Shown here: in pieces, positions 58,595 to 64,000 of the stretch
Numbering within the stretch: the stretch's first letter is position 1
Layout: each line of letters begins with the position of its first letter
IMG/VR virus record: IMGVR_UViG_3300010352_001202
DNA from: a virus
Lineage: Duplodnaviria; Caudoviricetes
Reading direction: 5' to 3' (one strand)
Length of the DNA: 64,000 bases
Program-made: the position numbers and the translations under genes
Notes under the pieces: model-generated
The model's input: only the letters and a program-made list of their open reading frames with translations
Database searches by the model: none
What the model was told of the DNA's origin: nothing

Positions 58595-58606
58595 AGAAAG
58601 ACATAC

Positions 58607-59704
58607 ATGAGCTATTATCTGAAAGACGGCGAGCTGCTTTGGCCTACCAAAGAAGGCATGTACGATGTGCGCGATAAGCTGCCCGTCGGTACCTACACCG
58701 TTTGTGCCCACCCGATGAAGGGCTGGTACCTGAAGCCGATCTCCGACTTCGACATCAGCGGCAAGATCTACGGTAAGGCCACCCGCCACGCCGAGCGTAT
58801 CCTGAACACGTTTGCCGATCGTCCCTTTACCACCGGCGTGCTGTTGAACGGTGAAAAGGGTAGCGGCAAGACCATGCTGGCGAAGCGTGTTTCACAGCTG
58901 GCTGGCCAACGCGGTATTTCCACCCTGGTGATCAACACTGCGTACTGCGGCGATTCCTTCAATACCTTCATCCAAGAAATCGACGAACCGTGCGTTATCG
59001 TGTTCGACGAATTCGAGAAGGTGTACGACGACAAGGAACAAGAAGCCATCCTGACGCTGCTCGACGGTGTGTTCCCGACCAAGAAGCTGTTCCTGCTGAC
59101 TGTGAATGACAAGTACAAGGTCAATTCGCACATGCGGAATCGCCCGGGTCGCATCTTCTACATGATCGAGTTCAAGGGCCTGGACGCAGATTTCATTCGC
59201 GAATACTGCGAAGACAACCTGAACAACAAGGGTTACATCGACCAGGTGTGCCGTCTGACGCTGCTCTTCGTCAGCTTCAACTTCGACATGCTGAAGGCGC
59301 TTGTCGAGGAAATGAACCGCTACGAGGAAAGCCCGAACCAGGCCATGGAAATGCTGAACGCGAAGCCATACGATGCCGGCAGCGTGCGCCACAATGTGGA
59401 AGTGTTCATGGAAGGCAAGAAGTTGGAAGCTGAGCGTGTTCACCCGTGTGCCATCCGTGGCAACCCGATTGCGCACGAAGAGCTCAACTTCTGGGTTCGT
59501 CCGACTGTTGCCGAAGGGCAAGACCCGGATGATGTTGACCAGGTCGAACTCGAAGTGACGCAGGACATGCTGAAGAAGATTGATGCTGATTCCGGCAAGT
59601 TCACGTATGTGATCAACGAAGGCCAGCCGAACATGGCGGTGCTGGTGATCACTCGTGAAAGCTACAGCAACAAGACGCCTTACAGCTGGCTGGACGCATT
59701 CTGA
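58607..59704 (+). CDS. AAA ATPase
   Basis: GEKGSGKT, VFDEFEK, LLDG, NRPGR. Confidence 0.88.
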   Translation: MSYYLKDGELLWPTKEGMYDVRDKLPVGTYTVCAHPMKGWYLKPISDFDISGKIYGKATRHAERILNTFADRPFTTGVLLNGEKGSGKTMLAKRVSQLAGQRGISTLVINTAYCGDSFNTFIQEIDEPCVIVFDEFEKVYDDKEQEAILTLLDGVFPTKKLFLLTVNDKYKVNSHMRNRPGRIFYMIEFKGLDADFIREYCEDNLNNKGYIDQVCRLTLLFVSFNFDMLKALVEEMNRYEESPNQAMEMLNAKPYDAGSVRHNVEVFMEGKKLEAERVHPCAIRGNPIAHEELNFWVRPTVAEGQDPDDVDQVELEVTQDMLKKIDADSGKFTYVINEGQPNMAVLVITRESYSNKTPYSWLDAF

Positions 59705-59711
59705 GCTGAAT

Positions 59712-59984
59712 ATGCCTGAGCCGATTGAGCAGAAATATTCATCGGCGTATTATGCCTACAAGTCCCCTGATTATCACTATGTGATTTTTCAGGGGATACG
59801 ATCAAGGCATAGTTCGCAGGATGAAGCACTTCAACTGTGCGAGCAGTTGAATGAGCGATATGGACTTCCGCATGTGAATGTCTATAAAAGCTCGATGTTT
59901 GGAGATATCAAGCTCAGGCAGAAAAAAAATCAACGAAGAGAGAAAGAAAAATGTTTCGTAAACTACTTGTTATCTGCACCCTAG
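59712..59984 (+). CDS. hypothetical protein
   Basis: ATG 59712 after previous stop. Confidence 0.55.
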   Translation: MPEPIEQKYSSAYYAYKSPDYHYVIFQGIRSRHSSQDEALQLCEQLNERYGLPHVNVYKSSMFGDIKLRQKKNQRREKEKCFVNYLLSAP

Positions 59985-60565
59985 CTATTGCCTCGTTGGG
60001 TGTGAATGCTGCAACAATCGACACCAGCGGTCTATCCGAAGCACAGGTTGCCGAGCTGAAAGCGCATGCTGCACAAATTGTTGCCAATGCTGCAAAGGCT
60101 GCTGCTGAGCCTGCTAAACCGGCAGAAGTTACTGCAATGGTTTCGTTGGCTTCTACATGGGGTCAGCAGGCTGCTGCCGCTGCTGAAGGTTTTGCCAAGG
60201 CGATGGGCATTGCGGCAAAGGAACTGAATGTCACTATCAACGACTTCCTGAAAAGCGATGCCGGTAAGCTTACTGCAATGCTGATCATCTGGAAGGTGGC
60301 TGGTGCTGCATTTGTGAAGGCTCTGTACGGCATTTTGTTCGTTACTGTTGGCCTAACTATGGTGCGAGTTATCTACACTCGTCTGTTCACCAAGGGCTAC
60401 GAGAAGGTTGAGTACAGCCGATTTGGTGGATTCTTCAAGGGTACCCGGATGGTTCGTATCCCTAAGAGCTTCCACGATCTGGAGAACGACGGCGAATGGC
60501 TTGCATTCTGGGTGATGATCATCCTGACTGTAGCTGTGATGATCTTCGGTGGAATGTTTTTCTAA
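59951..60565 (+). CDS. exported/membrane protein
   Basis: Signal-peptide-like N-terminus, C-terminal TM helices. Confidence 0.75.
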   Translation: MFRKLLVICTLAIASLGVNAATIDTSGLSEAQVAELKAHAAQIVANAAKAAAEPAKPAEVTAMVSLASTWGQQAAAAAEGFAKAMGIAAKELNVTINDFLKSDAGKLTAMLIIWKVAGAAFVKALYGILFVTVGLTMVRVIYTRLFTKGYEKVEYSRFGGFFKGTRMVRIPKSFHDLENDGEWLAFWVMIILTVAVMIFGGMFF

Positions 60566-60571
60566 CACCGC

Positions 60572-60627
60572 TTGACATAGCCCTACGCGGGCATACAATA
60601 GGGGTAACAAGGGATTGTTACCCCTAT
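60572..60627 (+). promoter_or_regulatory. sigma70-like promoter with overlapping 13-bp inverted repeat
   Basis: TTGACA-16-TACAAT; ATAGGGGTAACAA-GGGA-TTGTTACCCCTAT at 60598-60627. Confidence 0.65.
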
Positions 60628-60641
60628 ACCTATAGAATAAT

Positions 60642-60875
60642 ATGAGATGCTACGATTGTAAAATGTGGGGAGACGGTAGTGGTACCGGCATTCCCTATGA
60701 TGCAGGCCATGTGAATTATTGCAAACATCCGCAAATTGACGGAGATCAGCATCCTTCCTATGGTGCTTGCGGTGAACCCACTTCCATGGTGATTGTGGAA
60801 AATCACTACCCACAACATCTAATGACACGCGGTAAGTTTGGCTGTGTCTTATTCGAACAACGAAAAGTAAAATGA
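60642..60875 (+). CDS. small Cys-rich hypothetical protein
   Basis: CxxC...C...FGC. Confidence 0.65.
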   Translation: MRCYDCKMWGDGSGTGIPYDAGHVNYCKHPQIDGDQHPSYGACGEPTSMVIVENHYPQHLMTRGKFGCVLFEQRKVK

Positions 60876-61522
60876 AAGTCCAAGTCCGCAAGTGCCGCTT
60901 CACAGGTAAAATCTTCGAGGAGAAAGACCTCAAGAAGTATGCCCTTCACCTGAAGAAGCTGCGGATCGAGATGAAAGAAAAGCGCGAGGAAGATCGCGTA
61001 AAGAAAGATTGGATAAAGTGGCTCAAGGCTGAACGCAAGCGCATCAAAACAATAGATGAAATTGTTCCCTGGTTCCTTGCCAATCAAAAGAGAATCATGT
61101 ATGCTGCGAATGCAATGGGGCATCGTTTCAGTTCGGATAAGTTTTATCCGGAAACTGATAGCTTTACCAAAATGGTCCTTGGCGTAAGATATAATCCGCT
61201 TGCATCTAACTCGCATCGGTGTCCCGATAACGGCATAACTAATTGGTGTGGTAAGAATCCTAATCCTAGTGATCCCACATCCTATAAAGGGTGGACTGGA
61301 AACATTGCAGGTACGCTAACACGCGCCAAGAAGAATAACTATTCATATCCCTACGGCGAAGCACTAAAGATTGTCGGGCTGAAAACGGGATCCGGTGGCG
61401 GCGGTAACGAAAATTGGAACTATGGTGTAACTATCTTCCTTGATGATTGGCCTGGTCTGAAGCATGAGATTGATTTGACGGAACAAGAGTTAGTTGTTAA
61501 GAAACTGAAGGGCATAGCATGA
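60872..61522 (+). CDS. hypothetical protein
   Basis: 216 aa, ATGA overlaps. Confidence 0.75.
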   Translation: MKVQVRKCRFTGKIFEEKDLKKYALHLKKLRIEMKEKREEDRVKKDWIKWLKAERKRIKTIDEIVPWFLANQKRIMYAANAMGHRFSSDKFYPETDSFTKMVLGVRYNPLASNSHRCPDNGITNWCGKNPNPSDPTSYKGWTGNIAGTLTRAKKNNYSYPYGEALKIVGLKTGSGGGGNENWNYGVTIFLDDWPGLKHEIDLTEQELVVKKLKGIA

Positions 61523-61785
61523 ATGCGCGGATGAAAGAACTCTTGGCTCAATCCAGACTCTTTTGCTATAATGATGGCACAGTGAGCTTGTTGGGCGAAT
61601 CCTATGCAGGACAACCCGAAATTGAAAAGTTTGCCGAGTTGATTATTCAAGAGTGTATGCAGTGTTGCACCAAAGTGGAAGAAGACAGGGAACTGTCGGA
61701 CTACCAAGGCGGTTTCAGAGATGGTGCATTGCTGTGTCGTGAAGAGATTAAGTCACACTTTGGAGTCAAAGATGAGCCCAGGTAA
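61519..61785 (+). CDS. hypothetical protein
   Basis: EKFAELIIQEC...IKSHFGV. Confidence 0.7.
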   Translation: MNARMKELLAQSRLFCYNDGTVSLLGESYAGQPEIEKFAELIIQECMQCCTKVEEDRELSDYQGGFRDGALLCREEIKSHFGVKDEPR

Positions 61786-62023
61786 GAAGAAAGATGTAGC
61801 ATTGGCATGTTATGCCATTGTGAGTGGAATGTTTGCTATGATGCATAATCCACGATACTGCGGCCCTAACTTCAGATGGGATGAGTTCGCCGAGTCAATG
61901 GGAGAACGATGTGAGGTAGATATCTTCATCTATGTTTATCCCTGCACCGAAGAAATGAAGAAGTACGCAAAGCAATGCGGTTCGGAAATTGCAGAGCGCC
62001 TTGTTGCACGCATGAAGGAATAA
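61772..62023 (+). CDS. hypothetical protein
   Basis: GGAG RBS before ATG 61772. Confidence 0.65.
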   Translation: MSPGKKKDVALACYAIVSGMFAMMHNPRYCGPNFRWDEFAESMGERCEVDIFIYVYPCTEEMKKYAKQCGSEIAERLVARMKE

Positions 62024-62024
62024 C

Positions 62025-62351
62025 ATGAGCATCGAAAGTCAATTCGGATTCATCGGTTGGTGTAATGATCCCAAAGAGAATCACGATAAGATTTGGGGCT
62101 ATTTCTACAGACCTACGCCCGAAGGGCAATGGCACAAAAACTGCTGCATCTTCTGGGCACGACGTGGCAAAGCCATGCAATTTAAGGCGGATATTGCTAG
62201 TTACGAGCTTACGGAAAAGCTCGTAAGAAGTAAGCTCAAGAAGGGCTATGTCAAAATCAGCCAGGCCCGTTTGTTTGAGATTTGGCCCACCTTCGTTGAA
62301 GAGGCCGAAGCCAAACTGATGTGGGAAGTTCTTGCAGGAACAATCAAATGA
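62025..62351 (+). CDS. WGR-like domain protein
   Basis: DKIWGY...FWARRG...KLKKGY. Confidence 0.65.
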   Translation: MSIESQFGFIGWCNDPKENHDKIWGYFYRPTPEGQWHKNCCIFWARRGKAMQFKADIASYELTEKLVRSKLKKGYVKISQARLFEIWPTFVEEAEAKLMWEVLAGTIK

Positions 62352-62635
62352 CCAAGATGCAAGTACAAGCTATGCCTTGGAAAATGACTCCTGCGGATTT
62401 CCACAAGAAGCTCAGGAATTTTGGGCTAAATAATACTAACCATATGGAAAGACTTAAGATATTTCCATCGGTTCGTATCTCAAAAGATCACAGAGATGCT
62501 GCATACACATGGTGTCAGCAGAATCTCCGTCACAAATGGATTTGGTCCGACCCCACTCAGACCGACTACACTGACATCTACTTTAAGCAGGAAGCAGATG
62601 CAATTGTTTTCAAACTCACATTTGATACCATTTGA
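62348..62635 (+). CDS. hypothetical protein (F...DA..F.L family)
   Basis: WC...YFKQEADAIVFKLTF. Confidence 0.7.
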   Translation: MTKMQVQAMPWKMTPADFHKKLRNFGLNNTNHMERLKIFPSVRISKDHRDAAYTWCQQNLRHKWIWSDPTQTDYTDIYFKQEADAIVFKLTFDTI

Positions 62636-62660
62636 CGCAGCCTGCTAGTCGCTACATAAT
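62632..62660 (+). promoter_or_regulatory. sigma70-like promoter
   Basis: TTGACG-17-CATAAT. Confidence 0.65.
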
Positions 62661-62701
62661 ACATATACACAAACTTTAACCCCAACTGGAGAAAATACAA
62701 A

Positions 62702-63796
62702 ATGGCAAGTCTTGACACCCACCGCGTTGAACGCCCCCGTGATGTCCGTACCCTTCTGATGCGCTGCTTCAAGGTCGGTCGTCCTGCAATGATCTGGGGC
62801 CCGCCCGGTATTGGCAAGTCGGAACTGATCGCCGAAATCGGCGCAGAAACCGGCCGCCCCGTGATCGACATGCGTCTGCTCCTGCTCGAGCCGACTGACA
62901 TCAAGGGCATTCCGTATTACGACCCCGACACCCGGACGATGAAGTGGGCACAGCCTGCCGATCTGCCGACCGAAGGTGCGATGGCCAACGCTATCCTGTT
63001 CCTGGACGAAATCAACGCTGCCCCTCCGAGCGTTCAGGCTGCGGCTTACCAGCTGATCCTGAATCGTCGCGTTGGCGAGTACCACCTGCCGAAGGGTGTG
63101 TCGATGGTTTGCGCAGGCAACCGCGATAGCGACAAGGGTGTTACCTACCGTATGCCCAGCCCGCTGGCAAACCGTCTGGTTCACATCGAGATGGCGTCGA
63201 ACTTCGAAGACTGGCAGAAGTGGGCGATCGGCGCCCGCGTGCATGCTGATGTGGTTGGCTTCTTGTCGCACCACAAGCAGAAGTTGTTCAACTTCGACCC
63301 GAAGAGCCCGGACAAGGCGTTTGCTACTCCGCGTTCGTGGGTGTTCGTTGGTCAGCTGATCACGGACGATCTGCCCGAGTCGATGAACACGGCGCTGGTG
63401 GCTGGTACGGTTGGCGACGGTCTGGCAACGGAATTCAGCGCACACCGCAAGGTTGCTGCTCGTATGCCGAAGTCGGAAGATGTGCTGATGGGCAAGGAAA
63501 AGCAGCTGAATGTCAAGGATCTGAGCGCGATGTACTCGCTGACGATCTCCATGTGCTACACGCTCCAGGAATGGACCACCAAGGCCAAGGCCAAGGAAGA
63601 TGGGTTCGATATGAACACCTGGCACGAGTGCGTGGATCACTTCTTCACCTTCATGATGGACAACTTCCAAACGGAAATGATCGTCCTGGGTGCGAAGACT
63701 GCGCTGCGCGACTACGCTCTGCCGATCAACCATCGTCAGCTCAAGACCTTCAAGGGCTTCCACGACAAGTACGGCAAGTACATCCTGGAAGACTGA
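62702..63796 (+). CDS. MoxR-like AAA+ ATPase
   Basis: GPPGIGKS, LFLDEIN.A, AGNR, PLANR, TPRSW. Confidence 0.88.
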   Translation: MASLDTHRVERPRDVRTLLMRCFKVGRPAMIWGPPGIGKSELIAEIGAETGRPVIDMRLLLLEPTDIKGIPYYDPDTRTMKWAQPADLPTEGAMANAILFLDEINAAPPSVQAAAYQLILNRRVGEYHLPKGVSMVCAGNRDSDKGVTYRMPSPLANRLVHIEMASNFEDWQKWAIGARVHADVVGFLSHHKQKLFNFDPKSPDKAFATPRSWVFVGQLITDDLPESMNTALVAGTVGDGLATEFSAHRKVAARMPKSEDVLMGKEKQLNVKDLSAMYSLTISMCYTLQEWTTKAKAKEDGFDMNTWHECVDHFFTFMMDNFQTEMIVLGAKTALRDYALPINHRQLKTFKGFHDKYGKYILED

Positions 63797-63808
63797 TAGG
63801 AAGGCTTT

Positions 63809-64000
63809 GTGGCAAGATACACTCTAAGAACATACTGTGGTGGTAAGCAGCTAGAACGCTTCGACCACAGGACACCTGAGAGGCTACAAAGCATCCTTGA
63901 GCATCCAAGACACCATCGGGCCGGGACAACCGGACCCTTTGGTGAGGATGAGAAGCACGCAGATAAGTTTGAAATCATCGATTCACACCAGGAGAAGTTA
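63809..64000 (+). CDS. hypothetical protein, partial (runs off window)
   Basis: GTG after AGGAAGG, frame open to window end. Confidence 0.5.
   Translation, partial: MARYTLRTYCGGKQLERFDHRTPERLQSILEHPRHHRAGTTGPFGEDEKHADKFEIIDSHQEKL

Noticed and set aside
1-64000. Bacterial chromosome or prophage, suggested by clpA, dnaJ, infA, galE, queE, rtcB
   Set aside because: The genes are embedded among T4-like replication and virion genes with phage late promoters and many tiny ORFs; no integrase or host operon context.
1-64000. Alternative genetic code (stop-codon recoding)
   Set aside because: Long conserved genes are intact in code 11, and TAA, TAG and TGA all end genes at tight junctions.

Overview
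This is a 64-kb segment of a large dsDNA tailed phage, probably a T4-superfamily-related jumbo myophage. It is densely coding and almost entirely on the + strand, with no integrase, rRNA, canonical tRNA or CRISPR array seen. Replication genes: family-B DNA polymerase, clamp loader, probable sliding clamp, RNase H/5'-3' exonuclease and a short DnaE-like fragment. Host-takeover genes: IF-1, DnaJ, ClpA, GroES and PhoH. Other modules: a late tail-fibre/virion block with a holin-like gene, several GIY-YIG/HNH endonucleases, a 7-deazaguanine DNA-modification cluster (TGT/DpdA-like, QueD/DpdL-like, QueE) mixed with a glycosyltransferase and GalE, and a GC-richer early region (RlmN-like, RtcB, macro domain, SPFH, AAA ATPases). 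Two promoter classes are visible: sigma70-like TTGAC-17-TATAAT and T4-late-like ATAAATA. Best leads: (1) a ~450-nt, heavily base-paired non-coding region (7326-7780) behind a late-promoter-like hexamer and directly after a GIY-YIG-like gene with a very basic tail; (2) a possible glycosylated-deazaguanine DNA hypermodification pathway; (3) a stand-alone mini-protein resembling a piece of the major capsid protein; (4) a short C-terminal motif shared by about ten unrelated small proteins. All assignments come from motif recognition by eye; no searches or folding programs were run. Several starts were moved from the ORF track using RBS, promoter and gene-overlap context.
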